DNA of 64,000 bases from the human T2T-CHM13v2.0 reference genome, Homo sapiens (GCF_009914755.1 NC_060928.1), one strand, 5' to 3'; shown: positions 1-14,023, counted from the first letter of the stretch. The notes: generated by a model not told the origin, from the sequence alone. Made by a program: numbers and translations.

Positions 1-259
<259 letters not shown>

Positions 260-2463
260 CATTTACAACAATTTTTAAACCACCAGACCACTTCACCGCC
301 ATGCTCACGTTACCGCCTCTGATGCCGTTCCTTCTCTCAGAAAAGTCTTTCCTGCCCACCCTGCCCACAAAGCTCTCTGAGATTTCCTGCTCCCCACCCC
401 CGACCTCCTTCTGCCCTGCTCCCTGTCCCCTCTGCTCCTTCCCAGCACCTCGGCCCTCACAGGTCCTGCCACCTGGGCACCTTTCCTCCAGCCCCTTCCC
501 TTCATTCAGGCCTCAGCAAATGTCAGCGCCTGCAGGAGGCCTCCCCAGATTGCTCTCACAAAAGGAGCTGCCTCACTGGCACCCTTCACCTCATGAAACA
601 ATTCTAATTTCTTCCCAGCACTGGCCAGAGGACCAGGTAGGGGGCGTGAAGGAGAGAGGATGGTGAGGGGCTCCTTCCATGTAGCCGCAGCTGCTTGCAG
701 GTGGTGCCCTTGAGTGGATGGTGATGGTGGGGAAGGATCAGGGTGGCAGATGTCGCAAGAGGTGCGGGGTGCGGTCCAGAGGCTAGGGGAGAAGCTGTGG
801 TCACCAGGGAACAGAGGGCCTGTAAGGATGGGCCCTGGGTGGGGTCATGAGGACATGTGGGGGACCTGCGGTAATGACCATCCCCTCAGCCAGGCCTCCC
901 CGAGAGCACAGCCAGGCTGGGGCCTTCTCTCCAGCTCTAGGCCAGCTGTGAATTGGGAGGAGGCCCATCTGCAAGAAGGGTGGCACCTCCTCCCAGGACT
1001 TTGCTGGCCTGCGTGCCTACTGCATCCAGGCCACCACTCAGGGCCTTGCAGGGCGATCACTGTCCCTTGTGGGGTTCTGGTGACACAGGCATCACCGAGC
1101 TTGCTAAGGTTTCATGCCTGGGGCCAGCGAGAGCAAGAACCCAGCCCTGCCCTCTCACCTGGGCCTGTGCACGGCGGACCAGCCCTGGTCTTATCCCCGA
1201 CTCACCGTGTCAGCCCAGGAGGCCCCGTCACTTATAAACGATTGGCTTAATGACAGTCATTACACCTAATCTGTTTTTCAAGAGTCTAATTAATTCCAAG
1301 TCCTCCTCTATTTTTAAACCCCTCAATCATTCTTGTTTTTCCTGCCAGGGGCATGAAGTGGGTGGAAGGTCTCGGTGTTCCCTGCAGGACCTCGGGACAC
1401 CTGCTTTAGGGACCAATGGCTGCAGCAGCCTAGCAAGCACCTGCCACCGGGCCCCAGACAGTCTGGGGGAAATGGCAGCCGTGTGAGCCTCCCAGTGAGG
1501 GGGAGGGGAGGCCCGCGGGGCGGCACCTGCTGCTCAAGGTCACAGGCACTGGAGCAAGGCCGGGCTGCCTCAGTCCCAGACCTGTCACTCCGTCCCCTTG
1601 TCCTGCAGTGGGTCCACTGGGGAGCCCCCGGATCCGGAGAGCCCCCACAGCCCAGCAGCTCAGCCTTCTACCTGGAGGCTGCCTGTGTCCTCTGAGCCCC
1701 CAGAAGAGCTCCACACTAGGGCCGGGCCACTGAAGGCTCTGTCAGCCCTGACTGCGCTGCAGGGAGGGAAGCGTGGGCTTCCGGGCCACCGAGGCCACAG
1801 CACCGCATGGCCCTTGGTTGAGGCCCCACCCAGGGAAGGGGCTGAACACCTGTCTGCTGGTGGGAAAGCCGAATGGTGGATGTGGGAACGAAGCACATCA
1901 GAAGTGCCAGCCCAGCAGCAGGTGACTCCCCACGCAGCGGCGCCTTCACTGATGTGCCAGCTACAACCTGCCCTCCTCTGGGCTGCGCACCGGGAGCCAG
2001 GCTGGGGGCCACAGGACCCTCTGTGTCATGGCCTGGAGGGGCCCAGGAGGATTTGCAGCAGCGACCTCACCATGGGGCAGAGGGTCAGCAGGCCCGGGAG
2101 AGCTGCAGCCACCTCGGGATAGACCGGCTGCAGGCTCTCCTCCGTGACACCTCTGAGCCCTGTCCTCACACTGGCAGAGGGCAGAGGAGCTTGGTGGAAT
2201 GACCCCAGGCCACACGGAGGAGTCGCCAGGTGGGGCGCGGTGGGTGGATGTTCAAGCTGGAGGCCAGGACCCACTGTCCGGGAGCGAGGTCATGAAGCGC
2301 CACTGCAATGCCTGATGCCACCCGGGATAGCTGTCACCGCCAGAAGAGCGGGGGACAGAGATGTGAATCCAGGAAACAATGAAATCCAGAGGCAAAGCCA
2401 AGACTGATCATGGCAAAGATGGCCAGGAACAGCTGCAAGCGCAATCTGGGAGCAAGGTGAGCA

Positions 2464-3090
2464 GTGACAGTGGGGTGACACGGTGATATAGCGACATGGT
2501 TGGCTGTGCTGGGAGGAACGGCAGAGGACGAGCAGTGACAGTGGGATGACACAGTGACACAGTGACATGGCGGGCTGTGCTGGGAGGAACGGCAGAAGAC
2601 GAGTGGTGACAGTGGGGTGACACGGTGACACAGTGACACGGCGGGCTGTGCTGGGAGGAACGGCAGAGGACGAGCGGTGACAGTGGGGTGACACAGTGAC
2701 ACAGCAGGCTGTGCTGGGAGGAACAGCAGAGGACGAGCAGTGACAGTGGGGTGACACGGTGACACAGTGACACGGCAGGCTGTGCTGGGACGAACAGCAG
2801 AGGACGAGCAGTGACAGTGGGGTGACATGGTGACACAGTGACACGGCAGGCTGTGCTGTGAGGAACGGCAGAGGACGAGTGGTGACAGTGGGGTGACACG
2901 GTGACACAGTGACACGGCGGGCTGTGCTGGGAGGAATGGCAGAGGACGAGCGGTGACAGTGGGGTGACACAGTGACACGGCAGGCTGTGCTGGGAGGAAC
3001 AGCAGAGGATGAGCGGTGACAGTGGGGTGACACGGTGACACAGTGACACAGCGGGCTGTGCTGGGAGGAACGGCAGAGGATGAGTGGTGA
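2464..3090. repeat. VNTR of nine 71/63-bp units containing an internal 8-bp GTGACAC(G/A) subrepeat
   Basis: Unit starts at 2464, 2535, 2606, 2677, 2740, 2811, 2882, 2953, 3016 and (partial) 3087. Confidence 0.95.
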
Positions 3091-4399
3091 TGCGTGAGGA
3101 GTGCATCCTGCCATGTAGCTGGGGCCTGCTGTTGGTCCGTTTTGCATATGACAAAACTGAGGCTCAGGCTGAGCAGTCGGTTCACCAGGCACTGCCTTTC
3201 CCCTCACATCTGCGTATGGAGCAGGGCACTCCCCACCATGACTCCAGCGATTCCTCTAAAAGGGATATCCCTCAGTGTCTGTCATCTGTCTGCCACTGCC
3301 AAGTTCCGGAAGGAAGGCGCACACAGGCGGGGCATGTGCCACAGGGTTGGGGCAGAGGCTTGGCCACTGTCTGTCCTGAGAAGCCTGTGAGACTCCTACC
3401 ATTCTACCTAGAGCAACGGCCAGAGAGGATGCTGAGCACGGTGGACAAGTGGCAGGGAAGGGAGGACTCAAGTACAGTCACAGAGGCGCCCGACTGCACG
3501 ACGGAGCAGGCCTGGCCTTGCCCCCGTGGGACGGACAGTGACAGGCTCTGAGACCTCCCTAAGCCAGCGCCCGGGCAGCCTTGACCGTGTGTCAGGACGG
3601 CCACAGCCTCCGTCAGTCCCACTCTGATGCACAGAGGCCCTTGCGCTGGTTCCAGCCTCCTCCCGACTAGTCATCGGGGCTGCAGGATTGATGGCAAAAA
3701 ACAAAACCCAGGCCACCAGAGATGAGAAGAACATTCCCCGGCCCCACCACAGAGGAGCAGCGCGCCTCGCACCACACGCGATCAACCAGAAAGGCAGAGG
3801 AACAGACTTGTTTCTAGAATTTCTATAAACTTAATTACACAAGATAAAATTGAGGACATCTGCAAATCAAAAGACATTCAAAAACAAAGTCAAAGGGCAA
3901 GAACAACTTGGAGAAAGCCACCAACAGACCAGACGGAACATTTTCAAGTCCAAAAAGCGTGACATCCCAGCTGAAAAACAGCAGAAAACACAGTCACTTC
4001 CCAGAACGAAAAACGCAGGCGCTAACAGAACAACTGCCCAGGTTGGCAGTGATCAGAGGGGGCAAACCTCAGGAACAGCGAAGGGTACTCCGTTTTTCCC
4101 CCTCAAGTTGGAGTTGGAAGTGTTGGCGAGGGATGGCACTGCTGGGGGTAATCAGCTCTTTCTGGAAAGCAGTTTGACAGTGAGTGGCAGAGCTTTAAAA
4201 GGCTTCATACCTTTGCTGTGGTGATTCTACTTCTAAGGACCAATTCTAAAGAAATAATCCAAGGCTGGGCACAGCGGCCCACACCTGTAATCTCAGCACC
4301 TTGGGAGGCTAACACAGGAGGACAGCTTGAGCCCAGACAGGGAGCTGTGTTTGTGCCACTGCACTCCAGCCTGGGCAACCAAGGGAGACCCTGTGGTTA

Positions 4400-5100
4400 A
4401 AAAGAGAAAAGAGAAGGAAGGGAAGGGAAGGGAGGGGAGGGAGGGAGGAAGGGAAAGGAAGGGAGGGGAGGGAGGGAGGGAGAAAAGGGAAGTGAGAGGA
4501 AGGAGGGAGGGAGGAAAGGGAAGGGAGAGGAGGGAGGGAGTGAGGGAAGGGAAGGGAGGGGAGGGAGGTAGGCAGGGAAGGGAGGGGAGGGAGGGAGGGG
4601 AGGGAGGGGAGGGAGGGAAGGGGAGGGAGGGGAGGGAAGGGGAGGGAGGGGAGGGAGGGGGAGGGAGGGGAGGGAGGGGAGGGAAGGGGAGGGAGGGGAG
4701 GGAAGGGGAGGGAGGGGAGGGAAGGGGAGGGAGGGGAGGGAGGGAGGGAAGTGAGGGGAGGGAGGGAGGGAAGTGAGGGGAGGGAGGGAGGGAAGGCAGG
4801 GAGGGGAGGGAGGGAGGGGAGGGAGGGGAGGGAGGGGAGGGGAGGGAGGGGAGGGAAGGGGAGGGAGGGGAGGGAGGGAGGGAAGTGAGGGGAGGGAGGG
4901 AGGGAAGGCAGGGAGGGGAGGGAGGGAGGGAAGGGAGGGGAGGGAGGGAGGGAAGTGAAGGAAAGGGAAAGAGGGAGGGAGGGAAGGGAAGGGAAGGGAA
5001 GGGAGGGGAGGGTGGGGAGGGTGGGATGAAGGAAATGGAAAGAAAGGAAAGAAAGAAGAAAGAAAAGGAAGAAAGAAAAAGAAAAGAGAATCCAAGAGGC
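4400..5100. repeat. About 700-bp polypurine (GGGA/GGGGA/GGAA)n tract after an internally deleted Alu (4263-4395)
   Basis: Almost only G and A on the plus strand. Confidence 0.95.
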
Positions 5101-5204
5101 AGACAAAAAACCATAGAGGAAACTATAAAACCATGTTCAGTGGAAAAAAAAAATAAAACTGTTCATAAGATTTGGGGTGATATTTATTTCCTTATTTGTT
5201 TTGT

Positions 5205-5490
<286 letters not shown>

Positions 5491-7839
5491 AGACTTTCCT
5501 TCTTATGTTTTCCAAAGTTTCTACAATGAACAGGGACCACATCTATAATTAGCAAACAGGGAGTCAGTGTTACTTTTTGCAGAAGGCAAAGGCTGGAAAT
5601 CCACTTCATGGTGTCCCTGGAAGGAACAGACAACCAGCCTGAGTGGACTTTCTGTCATCTAGACAAGTAACTTCCAAGGGTGACTTCGCGAGGACGGAAG
5701 GTTCTGGATCAAAGAGGTAAGGCTAGCTGAAGGGAAAATAAGCTTTTAAAAAATGTCAACTTCTCCAAAAGGATTCATTGACCACTGAGAAGGTCGGAAA
5801 GAAGCCAGTAAAATGAAAAGAGCTGAAGGGCGTAGGTTCCAGAACATTCACATCTGCAAGGCTGATTCACTGCTGTCTGTCCAGGACGATGTCCGGACTC
5901 CCAGGTGACAGCACCTGAGGAAACGCTCCAGAGAGGGGCTCCTCCTGGCTGGGACCCTCACGCCAGGACTCCAGTGGGCCATGTGCCAACCCACCTCCTG
6001 CGTGCATCCGTCCCCTGGCTGGTGGCTGGGAAGCCCTGTCCTTCCTCCTGGAGGCTGTCGTCTGCCTGGCCAGAAACACAGGCTCCAGGGGTCTCGGGGG
6101 AATCTCACAGGCTGGTCGGCCGCAGCTCCACACATTTCCTTCATTTGCAGTACACGGAGACGCGACTCGCACGTGAGACTGGAAGCCGTGAATCAAGGCC
6201 GTGCCCACTGTTCCCTCTGAACCGTCCACGCCACAACCACAGGGGCTGCAGGGGCGTCTGCCGGGCGAGCGGGTCTCACGGCCAAACAGGCCCGGGCTCT
6301 TCCAGATGCTCTCAGCTGAGGCAAATACCACCCTCTCCGTCTCAGTCTCTCCCACTGCAGAATGGGAGGCGTAACCAAACACAGCCACACCTGTGCACAC
6401 GACCGGCCTCGCACAAACGTCACTTAACACCAGCCATGCTTCCTGACACGGGGCTGTTTGAATTTGGGTGAACTTTCTGTGTGTGTGAAGCTGGTCTCCT
6501 GTGTCTGTCTGTTTAAAAACCCCCACTGCGCTATCACCCCCGTATTGGTGTGAGGTGACACCTGGGAGGACAGGCTATGTCTCTTGTTCCTTGGTGGGTC
6601 TCCGGTGCTTGGCCCAGCCACCCCGGAACATGCTTGAGACACAGATGAGTGGGGGAATGAATGATGCTCCCACGGTGCACACCGCCTGTGCCTTGGATGG
6701 GACAGCTGCCATGTGCTGCCGCCCGCTGACCTGATTTCCAGCTACCTCCGGGCACAGTGCTGGGCCCAGACACTGACCTAAATTGAACCGAACATGTACT
6801 GTCCTGATCACCCTGTGATGTGCTTGCTTTCTCGGATCCTCAGCACTGCCAGAAACGCTTCCCTGGAAGATGACACCACCACCTGGGCTCCTTCCCTTTC
6901 CTCAGCTGAGGTTAGCGTCTGTGCTGAGCTGCATAAGGCCTGGGAAGCTGAGGCCGCGTTAAGAGGCTGTGTCCATCATGGGGCACAGAGCTCACGCCAG
7001 GAAGGTGGGAGGAGCTTCTGGAGGGGGTGGGCGTCCACTGGCTGTCACCTGGACAACCCCCACCACCCCCAGCAGCAAAAGATGTGCAGGCCCCAAACCA
7101 AAAACTCTCCCACTTATCCTGTCAAAGAATTTCTGATGGTTTCATGTCAAACTCGGAGAAAAACGATCCATTGCCAGTGAACTGGGTCTGAGCCCCTGAG
7201 GAAAGCATCCAGTAGTGGGGAAAAGGTGCTCTGCCTCACACGGCCGTGAAGCTCATGCTGCATCTCAAAAACGGCCTCACCCAAAAGAAAGAGGAGAGGC
7301 TGTTCGCGCGAGGCTGTTCATCGTGGCACGTCTGTGACAGGAAAAGCCTGGAAACAAGCCCAAGCCAGCACTTGGGCCCGAGTGCACGCCACGCCAGCCT
7401 CGCATGAGGCCCTGCCCCGCAGTGAAGGGAAGCAGGACATCTCTAGCAAGCACTGGAGCGGCTCGGGCAGAAGGCCAGGAGAGCGAGGTGGGGGCGAGTG
7501 CTTGTAGCAGGAGGCCCTTCACCAAATACGGGGATGGGGGATACGCGGGTGTGTATCTGAACATCCACTCATGTGCCTTTGCTTACATTTTTGAAAATTG
7601 AAGAATATACTATAAAACATTCTTCAACTGTTCCCTTTGGGGGCAGGGGAGAAAAAGGTTCCTTCAGACAGACTTCTCTGGGTCTATCTTATTTATAGAT
7701 TTGACTGGGAACCACACAAATATAAAGTTGAATCAGCTGTCAATGGCAAGTTCTACACACATAATGCTGAATGAGACCAATGAACCTGCTGTGAGGAAAT
7801 GGTGTCCAGTGGCCTTAGAGACATCAGCTGACTGCTGAC

Positions 7840-8500
7840 GAGTGGGGCATGCCCTAAGGACAAAACAAAGACAATGACCAGTGTAAGGAAGGACTTGGGA
7901 AACTGGAACCCACATCCACAGCTGCCTGGATGCCAACTGCAGCCACGTTAGAAAGTAGTCTGGCAGCTCCTCAAAATGCCACACACAGAGTGACCACATG
8001 ATCCGCAATTCCGCTCACAGGGATCCACCCAGATGAGCTGAAGACCTGTGTCCACACAAAAACTTGGACGAAAATTTTCATCACATCCATAACCTAGAAA
8101 CAACACATCCACCATCCACTGGTGAGTGAAGAAATGAAAGACGGTCTCCCCATGCAGTGAGCGTGATTCAGTCATAAAAAGGAACGGCGTGTTGCCGTGT
8201 GCCTCTACATGGTGGCCCTTACAGACGTTACGTCTGGTGGACGAAGCCGGACCCTGGAGGTCACACACCACAGATGTTTCTCGACTTAACCCATCGTATC
8301 CTAAGTCAGAAATGCATCTGACCCTCCTAGCCTTCAAAACGCGGAGGACGGTTCCTGCCGCGCCCTCGTTAAGCCGAGCCATCGTAAGTCTGGAACCACC
8401 TGTACGTGAATGTGTTAACAGGAAATGTCCAGAAGAGGCGAACCCATCGATGGAAAGTGACTGAGGCTCCCAGGGCCTGATGGGGAGTGGGGAGGGACAC
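7840..8500 (+). mobile_element. Degraded L1M 3' end
   Basis: gcagctcctcaaaatgccacacacagagtgaccacatgatccgcaattcc, ccacacaaaaacttggac, caggaaatgtccagaagaggcgaacccat. Confidence 0.65.
8271..8403. mobile_element. Tigger4a/MER46-like DNA transposon fragment
   Basis: Ends cagatgtttctcgactta ... ccatcgtaagtctggaaccacctg(ta) form imperfect TIRs. Confidence 0.6.
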
Positions 8501-9684
8501 CGGGAACCAGGCCCAGCCCACCCAGCCCGCAGCACAGGAAAGAGCTGCAGGGAGGCCCTGAGTCCTGAGTGGGCAGCGGAAAGGAAGAACGGCCTGACCG
8601 TCACGGGACCCTGGCCACTCCCACTCCTCCAGCGAGCTCACGACCTGGGAGGACCGAGCACGGGAAGAAGGAGGCGTCTGCCCGCCACCAAGAACCCCCT
8701 TCCCCAGTGTGAGGACCCTCTCCTGGGCCTGCCTGCCATCCTTCAACGCAGCCCCTCACTCCTGCATCTGTGCCCCCCACCTTCATCCCCATCTGCTGCC
8801 CGGCTCCCACGGCTCCTGGTGGGGGCTTTTCTGGTCTCCAGTTGAACCTCGTCCCCTCCCTGTCCTCCGTCTCTCTTCCAGTTAGCGAGGCCTATAGACA
8901 CGGCCACAGCCAGAGTGGGAGCCCTGTAGGGCAGGGTCCTGGCCAGGGGGTCAATGGCCCTGACAACGCAGCCATGAGTGACCCTGGGCTGGGCCCAGCC
9001 CCTGCCTTTCCCTCCCTGTCTCCAGAGTGGGGGATGGGAGCCCATGAGAAGAGATAGGAGACCTCCCCATCTCCCCCCAGTGCAGGGCAAGGAGGAGAGA
9101 GTCCTGGGAGGGGCAGAGGCCCTGGGAACACCCCTGGGAATTTGCCCATGGGTGGTCTCAGCACCCCTCATGGCCCCAGTCTCCGCGCCCACGGCCACGG
9201 GTCTGCGTCTCGTTTCAGCCCGGTGTGAGCCAGGCAGCCACAGTGGTCAGCAAAGAGAAGTGGGCAGTGCGCTCGGATGCGGCTCAGGGCAAGGGGCCCG
9301 GCGCTGGCACAGCCCGCTCCCACTGCCCCGCACAGGCACGCGGCTCACACCAGGGGCGGGATGGGCCGGGGCTGCGGCAGGTGAGCTGAGGGCTTGGCAC
9401 TGTGCCCATGTCACCTGACAGGCACCCGGAACATCAGAAACAGGGAAGCGGGCCCGCTGGCGCACATTTTCTGGTGCATGACGCCCCACAGGGCAGGTGC
9501 CTCTGCAGCCAGCTCCTGCCCCTGCCCCTCCTCACACACAGACCCCACACTCGGCCAGGGCCCAGCACCTGCCGGTGGCCAAGATGGCTCAGGTAGAAAC
9601 ACTGCAATGCTTGGAGAATGCGCCAGCACCTGCCCCCCAGTGCAGAGAGGACAAACCCAGTCTCTGGGCCAGACTGGCTCTTAC

Positions 9685-10932
9685 CTGGAGCCCGACAGGG
9701 CCTGAGGCGCCTCGTGAGCCGAGGGGCTCCCAGCATGCAGCTCTCTGGCCTCTGGCTCCTGCTGACCTGCAACCCCAGCCTCTCCTTGCAGCCCACTCGC
9801 TGTGTCCACCTGGGAACCTGAGGTGTGAGGCAGGCACTTGTCGGAAGTGGGGGCTTTGGGCTCCCGCCCGTTGGAGGCATCTTCTGAGGGTGGGGGCGCC
9901 TCCTCCTGTCTCTCAGGGGCCCTGTCGTTGGCCTTGGCTAAGCCGGCAGCGTACGAGGCACCAATGACGCCTCCCGGGCTGCACTTCTCCCGCAGACGCT
10001 CCACCACGTCCTCCCTGCTGTCCCCGCAGCTCCCACAGCACACGCAGGAATGCAGAAGGCAGTTGGTGGCCCCAGTGCTAAGCTTGTGGGGGCCGCCATC
10101 CATCCCCTCGGCCACGGGCTCCGAGGCGGCCTCCTGGGTGGCGACCGCAGAGTCCAGGGAAGTGGGCGATTTGGGGTTGAAGATGACCGTGGCTGAGAGC
10201 TTCATGCCCCCTGTCCGGTGGGCGATCATCTCAGCCGTCTCTGCGTCATCCGCACCCACCTCCCAGCCGTCCAGGTGCAGCCGCGAGTCCAGGCAGCTGC
10301 AGGAGCTGGTGCCCGCGAGGCTGGCCCCATCTGTGCCCTCGGCCTCGAGATTGTTGTTGCTCAAGTCCTCCTCCTTTTCCGAGGCGGGCAAGCTGATCCC
10401 CGCCGCTCCGCCTGGCCCACCCTGCCCTTTCTCCTGGGGGTCGGCCCAGGTACTGCCTGCCCACCCAAATGGGCCAGCTGGGGACTCGGGCCTGGCCAGG
10501 GCTTCTGCCGTCCCCTCCACGTCATCCATGAAGAACACGCGCTCCTCCTCGTCACTGCCTGACCGCAGGCGCGGTCTACCTGGAGAGGCCTCCCCGCCTG
10601 GGCTGCCCTCCGCTCCTGGCCTGTGAGCTGGGGACTGGCAGGCAATGGGCGGTGAAAGCAAAGAGGACATCTCGTCCCCCGCCCTGTGGACCATGCGGCT
10701 GAGCTGCTCCAGCTCCTGGTCGTCGTACTGCATGGAGCAGGCCAGCTCTGCATCCGGGTCTTTGGCCTTAGCTGAGAGTGGCCCCTCAGGGGGGAGAGGG
10801 GCAGAGAGGGCAGGCGCCAGGGCAGCGGGTCCCTGCACGTCTGCGCGGATGGGGAACTCCACGTCTTGGGAAATGCAGAGGTTCCGTTCCAGCGTGTGCA
10901 GCTCCTCCTCCGTCAGCGTCTGCAGCAAATCC
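9685..10932 (-). CDS. ZFYVE28: ZFYVE28 coding exon 8 (1248 nt, phase 2-2): (R)DLLQTLTEEEL...HEAPQALSGS, large mostly disordered central region
   Basis: Acceptor gattcgtag|G and donor AG|gtaag. Core of the 482-aa ORF 9681..11129; continues the exon 7 frame. Confidence 0.97.
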
Positions 10933-11961
10933 CTACGAATCAAGACAAAACCCAAGGGTGAGGGTCCCAAAAGCCACACCAGCCTCCTTGGCCAGGAGTG
11001 GACGCAGCACCCTGGAGTCTGCACCAGCAGAACAACAGCCAGGCACTGAATGCTTGCAACTGAATTCTCAAGGCACCAGCACGTCTCCTCCACCACGGAA
11101 CAAGGCTCCGGTCTCGCCGGCCAGGACAACGGTGTTCAAGGTGGCCGGCTGGGATTCTAGTACAGTTTCTTTTTTAAAACAAGATTCTGGAAACTTTTGC
11201 TGAAAAGAAGAAAGCCCTAATTGTTAGGCATGTGTTAGCTGCATGAATAAAAACTCTAAGGAGTGAAAAAATACATGCTGGTTTACACATAAACCTTCAT
11301 CCTTTCATTCCACAAATACCATTGGGCACTGGCTATGCAGCAGGAGCTGGGTACCAGGACACGAGGAAGAAGGCAGGCATGCTCCTGCCCTTGTGGACTT
11401 AGCCTGCAGTTGGGTGAGGCAGATGATAAACAAGCATTTATACAAACAATGACTGAACTACAATAATGACAGCTGCAACCAAAGACAATGCAAGCCATGA
11501 AGGAGGGTGCAGCAGGGCACCTGGCTGAGGCCGGGAAGGCTTCCTGGAGGAAGAAGCATTGAGGCCGAGACCCAAAGGTGCAGTTAATTCAGTGATGCTG
11601 AGCAGGAAGCTCCTGGAGCAGGCTCCTACAGGCCGACTGTGGGCTGCTCTCTGCTGCGAGAAGCTCCGGGTGTGTCTGTGGTCTGAGTCCCACATGGGAC
11701 ATTCCAGCACAGCCATGGCTATTGTGAGGAAGTGCGCTTTGCAGAGCTGGGCAGAACTTTCATAAGCTGAATCCACCCATGTGAATAGCACCCAGATTTA
11801 GAAGTGAAACCCCAACCAGGCCCCCGGCACCCTGGCTCTCGCATGACACCATCCTGACTCCATAGGCCGAGGCACGCACCTGCTCTGCTTCTCTGAGGAA
11901 ATGGGAATTCTCAGTCTACACTCTCTTGTGGCAGGATTTGTTTGCTGATGTTATATTTGTG

Positions 11962-12172
11962 TAGAATCTCCAGATAAAATATAGGACACCCAGTTAAATT
12001 TCAATTTCAGATAAACAACAAATAAGTACTTTTAAAATGTCATTAGAAATAGTTGTAAGTGTACTCCAAATGCTGCCCATTTGGGACATGCACTAAAAAG
12101 AGTTTTTTGTTTATCTGAAATTCTAACTGAACTGGGCTTTCTGCTGTTGTATTACTAGATCTGGCAACGCTA
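11962..12172. mobile_element. MER53 palindromic hAT-type element
   Basis: cccagttaaatttcaatttcagataaacaa is mirrored by ttgtttatctgaaattctaactgaactggg; terminal tctggcaacgcta. Confidence 0.75.
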
Positions 12173-13886
12173 TTTCGTAAGATTCACCCATCATAAAGCA
12201 CGTTGCCATAGGTCATTCATTCTTGTGGCTGCACCGTCTTCCATGGGGTAAATATACGTAGTTCCTTTATCTGTTACACCCGACAGGTTTTGGCTGCTGT
12301 GACCCAGCATCTTCGTGTATCTCTCTTGAAGAACATACGAGGGCATTTCTGCTGAATGCACACATGGGGTGGGACTGCTGAGCCTGACAGAGGGGAGCAG
12401 CCGGGATCCAGGCACACCTGCCCACAGCTTGGCTGACAGCATGGCTTGCCCCAGGCCCTCGAGAGCACTACTGTCTTTAACTGAATCCTTCCTGGTGAGT
12501 GAGTAATAGTATCTTATCTTATTATGGCTTTCCATTGTTTTAGCCTGATGACCAATGAAGTCGGTCACAGTTTACTTATCAGCCCTTAGATTTTCTCTAT
12601 GTAAAGTTCCTGTTCAAGCTTTTTGCCCATTACTAATTGGGTTGCCTGCCTTTTTCTTATTGATTGAGTTCTTTATATATTTTGGATTTGAGTTCTTTAT
12701 TAGATATATTCTCCAACTCTTTGGCTTGCCTTTTCATTCTCTTAATGGTGCTTTTGAGGAAGTTTTAAATTTTAATAAAGTCCAATTATAACATTTTTTC
12801 TTTATGATTAGTGCTTTGTGTCCTTTTTAAGAAATCTCTTCCCACTCTGTGGTCACAAAGATGTTCTCCTTGATATTTTCCTCTAAAAGCTTTTTATTAT
12901 TTTTTAAGTCATGGTCTTGCTCTGTGGCCCAAATCTGGGATGATCATGGCCCACTGGAGACTCAAACTCCTCGGCTCAAATTATTCTTCTGCCTCAGCCT
13001 CCTGAGCAGCTGGTACTACAGGTGCAGACCACCATATCTGGCTAATTATTTTTAATTAAAAAAATTTTTTTTAGAGACAGGGTCTCACTATGTTGCCCAG
13101 GCTGGTCTTGAACTCCTGGCCTCAAGTGATCCTCCCGCCTTGGCCTCCTAAAGTGCTGGGATTACGGCATGAGCCACCATGCCTGGATTTTATTGTTTTA
13201 CTTTTTATATTTATATCTACACTCTGTCTGGAGTTGATTTTTGTGTACAGTAGTGGTAAGAACCCAGACACTAATAGATAACCATATGAGACATTTTTCC
13301 TCATGTGGTCTTCTATTGACTCAGCCCATTTATTGGAAAGAAAAACAACCATTCCCGCTGTTCTGTAATGTCACGTTGCCTTAAATCAGAGACCTATATA
13401 TGCATTGGTCTGTTCTAGACTTTCTGTTCTATTGAATGGGTCTCAAGTCCATCCTTGTACCATATCTGTCAGGATTACTATAGCTTTACAATAGAAGATG
13501 TCTCCAATTTTCTTCTTCTTCTTCTTCTTCTAAGAAATGGGGTCTTGTTCTGTCACCCAGGCTGGAGTTCAGTGATGTAAACACAGCTCACCGTAGTCTC
13601 GACCTCCTGGGCTCAAGAGCTCCTCCCACCTCAGCCTCCCAAAGTGTTGGGATTATAGGCATAAGCCACTGTGCCTGGCCTTTGTTCTTTTTTTATGAAG
13701 TACACACAGCAGAAAAGCATACATATGTTCACCTGGAGACACACACAGGGGTAGTCACAGCAGCACTATTTGTGGAAACTACCCAAAGCCCATTGAGAGT
13801 AGAACAGACAACGTTCTGCTGCTGCTTGGCTATTCCAGGCCCCTTGCATCTCCACATGCATTTTAGTATTAGTTTATCAATTTCTA

Positions 13887-14023
13887 CAAGGAAGGAAGGA
13901 AGGGAGGGAGGGAGGGAGGGGAGGGGAGGGGGAGGAGAGAATGCAGAAAGAAAGAGAAAGGAAAGAAGGAAAGCAAGAAAGGAAGGAAGGAGAGACAGAG
14001 AGAGAGAAAGAAAGAAAGAAGAC

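Noticed and set aside
2290-3207. Three overlapping 248-305 aa minus-strand ORFs; the array also looks superficially CRISPR-like
   Set aside because: They arise from a stop-free VNTR. Units are head-to-tail with no unique spacers, there are no cas genes, and the context is a human intron.
9838-10626. 262-aa plus-strand ORF
   Set aside because: Antisense shadow of GC-rich exon 8; non-ATG start and no independent support.
10933-11129. N-terminal extension of the 482-aa ORF
   Set aside because: Lies upstream of the exon 8 acceptor, so it is intronic open frame.
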